Assembly (NCBI GenBank): GCA_964019335.1
Contig: OZ025697.1
Span: forward strand, 372,001-436,000
Direction: 5' to 3'
Length of the DNA stretch: 64,000 bases
DNA from: Diplonema japonicum
Lineage: Eukaryota; Protista; Euglenozoa: Diplonemea
Shown: one piece after another, positions 32,658 through 42,933 of the stretch
Numbering within the stretch: the stretch's first letter is position 1
Layout: each line of letters begins with the position of its first letter
The notes under the pieces: generated by a model
Told to the model about the DNA's origin: nothing
The model's input: the letters and a program-made list of their open reading frames with translations, nothing else
The model's database searches: none
Program-made: the position numbers and the translations under genes

Positions 32658-34016
32658 TTAAACATCCATGTGTTTCACAACCTCTACACGTTTCACAGGC
32701 CAAGGGGTGACCTTGGTTTTCTCCATCTTTTTAATAACCCCTTCCAACACAGCCAGCCCCACACCTATACATGGCAAAGTCTCAAGTGTGATAATAAACA
32801 AGGTGTCGAGGGTGACAGCCGTCCCTGCAGGACCCAACGTGGTCAGCGCTGTTAGTGTGATAAGAGCAGGCTGCGCCAGCAAACAGAAAAGAGCAAGCAG
32901 CGTTTTGTCAGATTGACGGTACAATGAAACACTCCACCCAAGCGCACAGGCGACAAGACAGGCAACGTAATACAAAGAATGTTTGTGAAGGATCAACTGC
33001 GTTGTGAAAAACGAGAAAAAAACCGCGACAAATGCATGAAGCGCGGCGTACCCCGGCGTGGCATTCGGTGCCACTGTGTACAGCGTACATCCCAACGCTC
33101 CCAAACAAACCCCCCCTAGCACTTTATACACAGCAAGAGACTGTTCAGAACCCAGCAAACCCTGAAGGTACATGGACAATCCGTCACACCATGTTATTGC
33201 TAAGAACGTCAAACAAGCAAATGGGGTAACAGTACTTGAACGGCCTTCCCATTCCACGTGAGCTAAAGCAACCCATAGGGAGTATCCGATGTACCCGAAA
33301 TCTATTGAGAGGGATGACAGATAGTTTAAACTACCTGGTTTTAAAACCCCGATCAACCCGTACACGGGAAGGGTTGTTGTCAAACTGTACAAAACAACGC
33401 TTGCCGGCGATGGTAGCCGGCCAGCATCGCTTTCTACAGTACTGAACAACGCCTTGAAAACAGTTTTCGTCTGCGTGACAACACGGTTTTTAACATGTCG
33501 GCACATGACTGCTCGTTCTGCTATTCTTGCATGTTGGATCAGGCTCAACGTATACACCGTTATGCAGGACAGATATAACAGGGTGAACGGTGTTACAGAA
33601 GCGTAGTATAAGAGATCCCATCGAATGTCCATCACCGAGCGGTAGCTGTGCCGCATTGCAGCGAAGAATGCCATTGTCGGCAGTGAACACAGAATCGCGT
33701 AAACAGAGAAAAGGAGAAGTTTCATTGACAGGAATATCCCTTTGATTCTTGTTCGTGAGATGGAGATGGTGGGGTGTTTCAGAGCGAGTATGGCTTTGTG
33801 AACATCTATCTCCCCTGCTGCGCGGACAATAATGCTGAGGTTCCCCCTCCATGCTTTGCAGACCTGTGCGGCGGCCACCCAGGTGTTTTCGTCCAAAAAT
33901 TTCACGATTATCTGAAAAGCCTCGATCGGGATTTCTCCCCATCTTCCGCAGTACGTGCCGTATCTTCGTACAGGTTTTCTTCTCTGTATGAGCATCCCTT
34001 GCTCACCAGGGATCAT
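32658..34016 (-). CDS. N-terminal F-box protein with a polytopic membrane domain
   Basis: IPIEAFQIIVKFLDENTWVAAAQVCKAWR F-box pattern followed by ~10 hydrophobic segments. Confidence 0.75.
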   Translation of the reverse strand: MIPGEQGMLIQRRKPVRRYGTYCGRWGEIPIEAFQIIVKFLDENTWVAAAQVCKAWRGNLSIIVRAAGEIDVHKAILALKHPTISISRTRIKGIFLSMKLLLFSVYAILCSLPTMAFFAAMRHSYRSVMDIRWDLLYYASVTPFTLLYLSCITVYTLSLIQHARIAERAVMCRHVKNRVVTQTKTVFKALFSTVESDAGRLPSPASVVLYSLTTTLPVYGLIGVLKPGSLNYLSSLSIDFGYIGYSLWVALAHVEWEGRSSTVTPFACLTFLAITWCDGLSMYLQGLLGSEQSLAVYKVLGGVCLGALGCTLYTVAPNATPGYAALHAFVAVFFSFFTTQLILHKHSLYYVACLVACALGWSVSLYRQSDKTLLALFCLLAQPALITLTALTTLGPAGTAVTLDTLFIITLETLPCIGVGLAVLEGVIKKMEKTKVTPWPVKRVEVVKHMDV

Positions 34017-34407
34017 TTTCCTTTCATATACAGGGAAGGGAAGGGAGGAGCTTTGTGTGTACTGGATGGTGATGGGTGAATGGGGGAAGAAGAAGAAGGA
34101 AAAAAAAATATGAAAAAATGGAAAAGTATTACATGTTTTTCGGGTAGTTTTTTTTTTCTTTACTTCATCTTTTTTTTTTTTTGGAAGGGTTTGTGGCGGG
34201 GTCCCCCCCCCCCCCCCCCCCCTCTCTTTTTTTGTTATTATTGGGAAAAGAAAAGAAAAGAAAAAGATAGATGAAACAACTCGAGTGGGGGGGGGAGGGG
34301 GTACAACAACAAACAAAAGAAGTTTTTTTTTTCTTTCTTTTTTTCTTTTTTTAATAGTATGGTTGGAAAAAAAAGGGGGGGGGAGAGAGGTGGAGGGGGT
34401 GTATGTT

Positions 34408-34575
34408 TCAAGAATTGTCCACGGAAATATTGTGCTTCGCAGCTGCTTTGGACACCTTTTTTTTTTATTTTATTTTTTATGCCCTCCCTTCCACATACCG
34501 AAGCATACAGCTTCGCAGGAAAATCGAAAGCACGCACCATTTCGATAACGGTCATGGAACGTGACATTGTTGAAG

Positions 34576-34612
<37 letters not shown>

Positions 34613-36448
34613 ATATTTCATCTCCCCTTCATACATAAGGTGTACAGTCTCAGGATCAGAAGGGTAAGAATGCGCCTCCAAGCACTCCTGAATCTTTTTG
34701 CAGATAATAGAAGTAAAGCAGACGCCCTCACTAGACGCACTCTTGAGCCCGTGCCGTAAGGTGTCGTAGGCGGACTCCGCAGTCCCGCCTGTGACGCCCG
34801 TCACCTTTGACCGCATTGACTGAGCGTCGCTGCCGTCCCAAAGCGACTGCTGCGTTGCCATGACTAGCGGGATTGTGGCAGGGGACGCTACACTTGCCGC
34901 ATGTCGTAGCACGCAGCTCACGGCGTACTCCTTTTCGACGCTCTTTGAGCTCTGCAGCTCTTTCGGGAACAGTCCTTTGGGCGGTAGGCCTTGCTCGTCT
35001 TTGCACGCTGCTGTGGCCCGCACCAGACCCAGCCCGCACATCCACTCCTTGTTGCCCATGTACTCCGCATGATGGTCTTGCAAGTACTGCGCCCACCCCT
35101 TGCACGTTGCCATGATGGGCATGACGCTCTGCATCTCGCAGAACGAGAACATCCTCCGCATGATGGGCCCTGGCAGCGTCTTCACGGTGTGCTGTGTCGG
35201 CACAGGCTGCTGCGACACCGCCGAGTCCCGTGCCTCGTGGTCGTAGGCCGCCCAGTCGGGCAGCAAGAACGATTCGTGCCGCGCGTCGTGCGAAACACCG
35301 CACCGCCCGTACTGCCTGCTGTTGTACCATGTCTTGCAGTGGCGGCAGAGGCGGTGGTGGGAGGGCTGCGACTGAACAAACTCCCAGGAGTGGGCGTTGA
35401 CGTGAAGGGGTGAGATCCACAACGAGGGGTCCGTGTCAATGACAGACTGCGAGACAGAGATGTGCAGCACGTGGTCGAGCTCAGGGGATGTCACGTAGCT
35501 GCCGCTTTCGATGAATTGCAGTTCATGGTACTGCGTGTAGGTGGCGATCTCTGCCATGCCGAACCTGCGGGTGTGCAGGTGCAGCTCCTCGAGGGGTGAG
35601 GCACCACGGGTGCGCGGCGGAGAAGGCGACCAGGACCGCTTGTTAGAGTCGGCAGAGAGCATCCTCCCGTCATCCGCAGACTGCAGCACGAACCCCTTGA
35701 CGTCCCCTATGGTGCCCATTGTGATGTAGATGTCAGAAGCTTCCTCGTAGTCCGCAGTCATCACCACCTTCGTGTTGCAGCGTGAGGAGGGGAACTTCAC
35801 CCACATCCCGGTTTTGCTGTGCGCGAGGCGGACCACAGTGATCGCTGTTGGGTCCGAGAAGCAACCTGATTGCGGGTGGAGCTTGGTCAGCCCTTTGCCG
35901 TGTGGGGAAGACATGGGGGACTTCGACCGTGTTCTTGAAGAAGGACTCCGCGGTGGGGAAGGTGCCCTCTGAGGTGTCTGCAAGCCTTCCCAGTCAAGGC
36001 CCTGCATGCTGCTTTTATATTGCGTTTCGAGTGTTTTCAAAAATGTTTCCTCCTGACCAACATGTTCTTTGAGATGCTGGTTCACGAAAGGGACCAGAGT
36101 GGGGTTGTGCTGGAGGTAGAAGAGGGCGAGGTTTCGCCGCAGAGAGAAGAATTTTACAGAGTAGTCCTTGTCGAGGGTGGAGAAGAGGAGGGTTTCCTCT
36201 TGGCCTTGGTAGTCCCGGAGAAGGTCGGGAATCTCGCGCTGCCTCTGATGCTCGTTCACGTAAGCAAAGAACTCTTCAAGAATATCCCAATACACGAAGT
36301 ACTTGGATCGGTAAGCAGATGACAGAGACTCGCATGCTTCAGTGAGGGTGGCGTAAGCCTTGAGAACCTCCTCCATGTGCTTCACCTTCATAGGGTCGTG
36401 CACTAAGAAGAAATTCAGCAGGCGATTCCGTGTACCATCGACGTCCAT
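34408..36448 (-). CDS. Protein with three N-terminal helical repeats and an internal F-box; introns 34578-34634 and 34456-34498
   Basis: RNRLLNFFLVHDPMKV, LLRDYQGQEETL and RRNLALFYLQHNP repeats; LPGPIMRRMFSFC...TCKGW. Splicing gives a clean end, VSKAAAKHNISVDNS*. Confidence 0.75.
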
Positions 36449-36751
36449 TTCCCCCCTCCCCTCCCTCTCGCTCCTTTTTTTTTTTTTTTTTGTAGACAAA
36501 AAAAAAAAAAAAAAAAAGAAGAGAAAAAACAACCGACGGAGAGAAGGAGGAAACGTTCTAATTTTTTTTTTTTTTTTAAATCCCGAAGGGGGTGGAAGTG
36601 CAATAAGAGACACCTTTCCTGGTGGGAGGAAGAGGGAAGAAAAAAAAGAAAAAAAAAAGAAGAATTGTTTAAGAGAGTTTACAATTGGTAAAATCATTTT
36701 TTTTGTTCTATTCTTGGCACATTTTGAAAGACAGAGAAATAAAAAAAAGGG

Positions 36752-36785
<34 letters not shown>

Positions 36786-37813
36786 CCTTTCAGTCTGTCC
36801 TCTTTCGTGGTGAAATTCGTTGGTGGTTAGTTGTTTTAAAACTACTCTTTGCCTCAGTTCTGGGGGGGGGGGGGGGGGGGGTTTCTTTTCTTTTTTGTAC
36901 CCCTATTTTTTTTCTTTTTTTTTTAGTAGCCTCGGATTTAGTCAGATGGATCAAGGAGGCTTAACGCTGTTTTATTTTTACGTACATAGAAGAAAGGAAA
37001 GAACGAAAAAGAAGAGAAAAAAAAACCCCCTCCTTATGTGTGACAAAGGCAGTACGCCTTTATTATGCATTATTCTTCTTCCCCCCCCCCCCCCCGGCGC
37101 AACGTGACTCCTTTGGGCACTGATTGAAATCAGTTTTGTGAAAAGAAGGGGGGAAGAAAAAAGAGAGGGGAAAAAAAGAAAAAAAGGGGGGGGGATACCT
37201 ACTGGTTCTTCCAAGCAACGGTGCTGTGGTTAGAAACAGAGCAGTCTGTATCCTGATAGCCACGACAATTGGTTCACCCTCCCCCTCCCCCCCCCTTTTT
37301 TTTGTCTACAAGGTCCTTTCCTCTCCTTCCCTTTTTTTGAAAACCTCTTGATGAAGAATGAGGCATAAGTGACTGACTCCTGTGCAGGAGGGGGGGGGGG
37401 GGGGGGGGTAAACTGAACCAAAACCAAAAATATTCCACTATGACAGAAACCGAAGTGGTTGAAAAAAAAAAAAAAAAAAGTGAGTACATATAAGAGGGGA
37501 AAAAAAAGGGCGGGAAAGAGGGTGCCTGCTTGTTCTGTAACCGGTAAGTTAAACAATGCTACCCTCTTCTCCCCCCCCCCCCCCCCCGGGTTGTGAGGTG
37601 AGGGATTAAAGTACTCAGCTTTACGTTAGTAATAGACCCTTGGCTCACCCCACGAATGGAAGAATTGAGAGGTATATCTAAACCTCATATGTGAAATGCG
37701 ATTCCCACCTGATATGAACTAGATTTGATTGTTTGTTCGCTTACCGCAGGAACGATTGGGAGGGGAGGAAGAAGCGTTACCGTAAAACCACTTTAAAGAG
37801 ACTTCTACAGTAT

Positions 37814-37864
<51 letters not shown>

Positions 37865-38737
37865 TTCTTTTGTGAAAACGGCAACAAAAAAAGGAAAAAA
37901 AAAAAAAAAAGAGGATTTTTGAATTAAGAAACGGGGAAAGGGAAAAAAAAAAAAAAAGAAAACCAAACGCGTGCTGGTGCAGGTTGAGAAGACATCTTCC
38001 CCCCCCCCCTTTTTTTTTAGGTATGCTTTACAAACTTCTGAGGGGGAAAAAAAAAAACTTTATTTTTAACCCTATGGGTCATGGGTCGAACATGCTAAAG
38101 TCTTGAGATATAAAAATATAAAAAGAAAACCTTCAAATACACGACACGCGAATTTGGATTTTCCAATTCGAATTGAGTACATCCGCCAAAACACGTTTTT
38201 AAAAGTTATTTTGTCCACCATCCACGGAAACCACTTGAAAGGTATTTTCTACCTTCATCACTACTTACCAATCCGCAATATGGCACGTCAGAAAAGCTTA
38301 TTTCTAACTACTTTCCAGATTTTAAAAGAAGCACCCCGTCCTTGCAATAGCATTTCAGCTGCCCGATTGTGAAAAGGTGGGTTGTTAAGCCCCCCCCCCC
38401 CCCCCCCCCAACTCAAAAAAAAACTTTGGTGGAAATGTGAAATCAGGTATCCGTGGATTGTGGAGAATAAAATTCAGGTTGGGCTTGAACGGTGTAAAAT
38501 TATGTAAAATGTTTGTTTGATTCGAGAGGGTACATTTGATAGGCCTATGAGTGCCTAAAACCGGGAAACCCAATTCTTTTTTTTTTTTTTTTTTTTTTTT
38601 TTGAGATATCTTTCAGCTCTCGGCAGCTCGAGCTGAAGCATATAAAGTATCGAAACAAATAGCAGATTTTAATTGGGTTAGGTTAAGTCTCGTGCTTCCT
38701 AGCTAGTCCTCTGCTTTTATCCTCCGCTGGTAAATGA

Positions 38738-38774
<37 letters not shown>

Positions 38775-39054
38775 AGCAACAAAACGCATATCCCTTCCTT
38801 TATGGTATTGAAGGAAGGATAGAAGGAGAGGAGACAAAATAACACTTAAGAAAGGGACGCTTAAAGGGAATTATTAATAATATTTTTTTTTTTTTATGAG
38901 CGGGCTTTTCTATCTGTGCTTAAAATATGGAGATTTTTTTTTTTTTTAAACGTTTCAACACAGGGGAGCGAGATCCGTGTTGTTACTGTGGTAGCTTTTA
39001 AAGCATACAAGGTGTGAAGTGGTTCATGTGTTTCATTTTCAGTTCTTCTGATTA

Positions 39055-41679
39055 CTATAACGGGCTGCCAGATTGCCTGCGAGGCCAAGTTAATTCAGGA
39101 AGCTCAAACCCCCCAGAAAGAGAGAGGCTGAGATCACCACCTGTCTCCTTGACCACCCAGCCGTCAGGGGTCGTGAGGAGGGTGTCTATCTTCTGGGTGG
39201 TGAAGGGTCGAGGGAGGGACAGGTCGCCTTGAAGGATTGCCACAACCTTCAGAAGGGAGGGATCCTTCTCAGAGAGTGTCTTGAGAGCTGCTATATTCCT
39301 CGAGGCGAAAGCATCTTTGTACAGAGGGGACCAGGAGTCGGGGACGGGGCCATCGAAGATGTTCCACACACCTTGCACAAGGGCGAAAGTTTGCAGGTTC
39401 AGCTGATAAACTGTCATCCCATCCCATGTGTCGATTGGACGCGTGTGTACTTGCAGAGAGGTGTCCAGGACTGCACTTTTGTCATTACTTTCCATTGGCA
39501 GGATGCAGCTGCCCCTCCGTGTGCTCCCTTCTAGGGACATTGTTCTGCTGTCGCCACCTACAATGAGGCAACAAGTCCCGAAGCTCGCAGCTGCATCGGC
39601 CAGTGCCCTGCTCACCTCCACACACCCACCGATTGTTGTCATGAAGCGCTGCTTCGTATTTCCCATCATCCCATGCAGGACACGGCCCCCACACAGTCCC
39701 ACCGTCACCTGCCCTGCCCACCCTGACCCCTCAAGTGCCACGTGAACGTTTGATACGAACTTCGCCGACTGTGCCGCATGCATCACACACTGCTTGCTGG
39801 TGTTCCACCCGACAAGAACTGTGCCGCTGCACAGTGCCGTCACCACCCCGTCCGTCCTGTTCACCCCGTCCAGCACCACTCCCAGCACCTCCCCCACTGC
39901 GTCCACAACGCTTCCGAACTTCGGTATCTCGCTGAACTCGATTCGTGTTGTCCCCATGGTCCCCACAGCTTGCGTCAGCTTGTTCTTGGTGATACCTTTC
40001 CCGTGCTGCGGTGTGGTTCCTTGTCGTTTCAGAGTTGCTTGTGAGCTTGACTGATCGCTTGTCACGTGCTTCCGCTTTTCCTCTGCTGCCCTCTCCAGGT
40101 CCCCAACACGTTGTTTGAGCTTCGTGGGAACAAGAAGCACAATGGGGACACTTCCCACCCCCTTCAGGAGCTGGTGTCCGATCTTCAGTGTTGCAGGGTT
40201 TCCTACATCTTGTAGACCTCCAACTTGTTCCAGCTTTTCAAGCACCTCCTCAGTGACAGCAACAGCTCCCCCGACAGAGACTGCCTCCACCCTTGCTGTC
40301 TTGTTCACTGTGGGTCCCATGTAGTCGGTCCTCCCTGTTGTCGGGTTCACCTCCAGACGAGCCGGTCCGGTGTGTACTCCAATCCTCACCCGCAGCCCCT
40401 TCCAAGCCCCCCCACAGGCCTTGCAGAGAGGGTGTTCCAAGAGGGACGAGGGCCACGGTTGTGCCACAAGCTCTTCTTGCGCCATCAAGCTGAAGCGGAC
40501 TGCATCCTCCACAGCATCAAAGGCCACCATGAAGGCATCCCCGATCGTCTTCACCTCGTACCCGTTCGTCCTGTAGATGCACTCCCGCATCGCCTGGTTG
40601 TGCAAGTCCATCGCAGTCCGCATCGCAGTCGTGTGCTTCTCCCAGATGTCTGTCGATGACTGGATGTCGGTGAAGGCGATTGTCACTGACCCTTCCCCAC
40701 CTGTCCCAGGGGGAGTCTGCCGCACAGGGTAATGCTTGAGCAACGCGCAGACCTCGTCTTCCTCCATGCTGTGCAGGTCGGTGGTGCTGTCAGAGAGGTG
40801 TGAGAAGAGGGCATCAGGGAGGTAAGGTTTGTAGAGCTTCAGGTTTGCGATGAGGGAGAGGAAGGCCTCTTGCAGCTCACTGGAGCCCCCTTTTTGCCCC
40901 CTCAAAAGGTGGTGTTCAGCTGCATCGAGATCGAACTTCACGAGGGACGCAGCAACACGGTTCGCCATGTTCACGTCCTCCTCAGACTTCTGCTGCTCGG
41001 AACGCATTCCGTGCGCGAAGTTGCGTGTCATCACGAAGTCGCCGAAAAAGGTGAGGAAGCGTATGATGAGGACGCGTATGAACCAGTAGCTGTCCTGAGC
41101 CTCGCGAGGGCTGCTGTCAGGATTGTAAGAAGAAGGGACGATGTCGTAGAGGCCGAAGCGGAAGCCTTCTTCGGTAGTCTTAACAGTGATGTAGAGAAGG
41201 ATGGCCGCGCAGGTGAAGGCTGCGGTGGTGTCGCGGCAGCAAGTGAGCAGCAGAACGTCCATGACCAGGACGGCACCTGTCCAGCTGTCGTTCTTACCGA
41301 AGGAAAGGATGTCATCGAAGAGGAAGAGCGTCATGCCGATGGAGATGATGAAGAACTCTGCGACGCCCACTGGGCAGGTCTTCGTGTGGACAACAAAGGA
41401 AATGAAACAAAGCGACAACACGACACGCACCCCCGACATGAACAGGGCGTTGTACCAGTTGGTGGCAATAAGGCTGAGGACTCCGACAGCAATGGAAGCA
41501 GAACAGATAACCAGCACCAGGGGGAACAGAATACGTTTCCTTGTTCGCTGAGGCGTGTCGTCATCAGGATGCTCCACCCATGACATCAGCCATCTGTAGA
41601 AGCTCTGAGGTGTTGCGCCTTCTGAAAGACCACTCTCAACATCGTAACGATTGTGGACGTGGTCTGGACTGCTGGCCAT
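39055..41679 (-). CDS. Multi-TM receptor-type class III adenylate cyclase, copy 1
   Basis: ~6 TM helices; FTDIQSST, EVKTIGDAFM, RIGVHTG and DYMGPTVNKTARVE motifs; second degenerate cyclase domain. Confidence 0.93.
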   Translation of the reverse strand: MASSPDHVHNRYDVESGLSEGATPQSFYRWLMSWVEHPDDDTPQRTRKRILFPLVLVICSASIAVGVLSLIATNWYNALFMSGVRVVLSLCFISFVVHTKTCPVGVAEFFIISIGMTLFLFDDILSFGKNDSWTGAVLVMDVLLLTCCRDTTAAFTCAAILLYITVKTTEEGFRFGLYDIVPSSYNPDSSPREAQDSYWFIRVLIIRFLTFFGDFVMTRNFAHGMRSEQQKSEEDVNMANRVAASLVKFDLDAAEHHLLRGQKGGSSELQEAFLSLIANLKLYKPYLPDALFSHLSDSTTDLHSMEEDEVCALLKHYPVRQTPPGTGGEGSVTIAFTDIQSSTDIWEKHTTAMRTAMDLHNQAMRECIYRTNGYEVKTIGDAFMVAFDAVEDAVRFSLMAQEELVAQPWPSSLLEHPLCKACGGAWKGLRVRIGVHTGPARLEVNPTTGRTDYMGPTVNKTARVEAVSVGGAVAVTEEVLEKLEQVGGLQDVGNPATLKIGHQLLKGVGSVPIVLLVPTKLKQRVGDLERAAEEKRKHVTSDQSSSQATLKRQGTTPQHGKGITKNKLTQAVGTMGTTRIEFSEIPKFGSVVDAVGEVLGVVLDGVNRTDGVVTALCSGTVLVGWNTSKQCVMHAAQSAKFVSNVHVALEGSGWAGQVTVGLCGGRVLHGMMGNTKQRFMTTIGGCVEVSRALADAAASFGTCCLIVGGDSRTMSLEGSTRRGSCILPMESNDKSAVLDTSLQVHTRPIDTWDGMTVYQLNLQTFALVQGVWNIFDGPVPDSWSPLYKDAFASRNIAALKTLSEKDPSLLKVVAILQGDLSLPRPFTTQKIDTLLTTPDGWVVKETGGDLSLSLSGGFELPELTWPRRQSGSPL

Positions 41680-42332
41680 AAACAACCTGTTGGGGTAAGC
41701 AAGGGGTACAAAAGGGAAAAAAAAAAAAAAGAAAACACAATTGAAATCAACTTAAAAGAACATATCTGCTAGACTCATGGTTGGGTGTGTGCCGCCGTAG
41801 TGAAAGATCACTGCACCTCTTCCGCAGCTGGAGGTTTCCAGCTGTGTCAAGGGTGGTGAGGTCCGCCTTGTGCAATGAGAATTTTTTTTTTTTTAAAAAC
41901 CACTAAACCCACATGTCATATATATATAAGAATTTTTCGGTTTTTGGCCTGTGGGCTCAGTGGTTATATGTTAATATCTTGCTTGTGACGTAGACCCGTA
42001 GAACTACCTTTGAACAATTATAGAAAATAGTGGGCACAGTGATGGCGAAAAAAAAAATGGAAGAAAGGAGGGGAGAAAAAGAAAAAAAAGAAAAAAAAAA
42101 AAAAAAAAAAAAAAGTAACCCTTAAACGCCAATATCGTCCCCAAAGATCTTTCTTCCCCCATTCTTATTATGGGTTTTGCGGACTGGCCCTGTGGTTCAT
42201 AAATGGTGTTCAAAAAGTACTGGGTGTGGGTAGGGGTTACAAAGAGCCTGCATACGACTGGCAAATCATCAGCGTATTGGGGGAAGGGAGAATATAAAAA
42301 AAAAAAAAATAAAAAAAAAAAAAAAATAAAAA

Positions 42333-42620
42333 TGGGGCTTTGATTGCAACACTAGGTGGCGTTAAGCGTGCAATGAAGCACAAACTACCTACTTGATTAC
42401 AGGGGGCGCTCCTCGGCCGAGCAGTAGCTTCTGCGTTCCGCGTCGTGTCCTTAATGCGTGCGGTGTGCTCAACCCTAGCCGGGGCGTCCCGGGTAACCAA
42501 GATTCTGCGCTCGTGCAGTTTGCTGCCTGTTCGTCACCCTGAGCATCTGCGTTACGTTCTTCCACTCGGGCGCTACCGGTGATGACCGACGAGGAGGTCA
42601 ACAGCGAACAACACATCTGA
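42333..42620 (-). mobile_element. Short element sharing its terminus with retroposon family B (right boundary uncertain)
   Basis: A-tract + TGGGGCTTTG...ACACTA..TGGCGTTAAG.GTGCA matches 42934-42968; the body differs. Confidence 0.5.
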
Positions 42621-42660
42621 GGTACTTCTTATATTTCCATGTTATCCCCACCACCTTGAA

Positions 42661-42704
42661 AAAACTCAAAGTGCAGGACAAACCCCCTCATGGAGGGCCG
42701 CCCT
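42661..42704. repeat. 44-bp dispersed repeat, copy 2
   Basis: Identical to 32230-32273. Confidence 0.9.
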
Positions 42705-42708
42705 GGGT

Positions 42709-42852
42709 CTATGCTGGCAGGAAACGTGGAAACGTTTCCGTTCCCGTTTCCATACTTTTCAAAATTCTTATGGAAACGCGTTTCTTGGAACATACGTTTC
42801 CGTTTCCCTTTTTTTCAAAAAATGCATGGAAACCGTTTCCATGCCAGCATAG
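42709..42852. mobile_element. 144-bp hAT-like MITE
   Basis: TIR CTATGCTGGCA/TGCCAGCATAG, 8-bp TSD CCCTGGGT on both sides, and multiple subterminal GGAAAC/GTTTCC motifs. Confidence 0.9.
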
Positions 42853-42933
42853 CCCTGGGTGGGTTGGGGGGGGCTATCTATTTATTAAAAAAAAAAAAGA
42901 GGAACTTGTCGTTGTTTGTTTGTAAAAAAAAAA

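Noticed and set aside
8982-34634. Poly-Lys tracts as genuine protein segments or frameshift sites
   Set aside because: Each is bounded by GT(A/G)(T/C)G and AG, and removal gives clean in-frame joins.
38066-38390. TTAACCCT start suggesting another piggyBac
   Set aside because: No matching inverted terminus found.
41946-42005. tRNA-like A-box (GGCTCAGTGG)
   Set aside because: No B-box/T-arm or cloverleaf.
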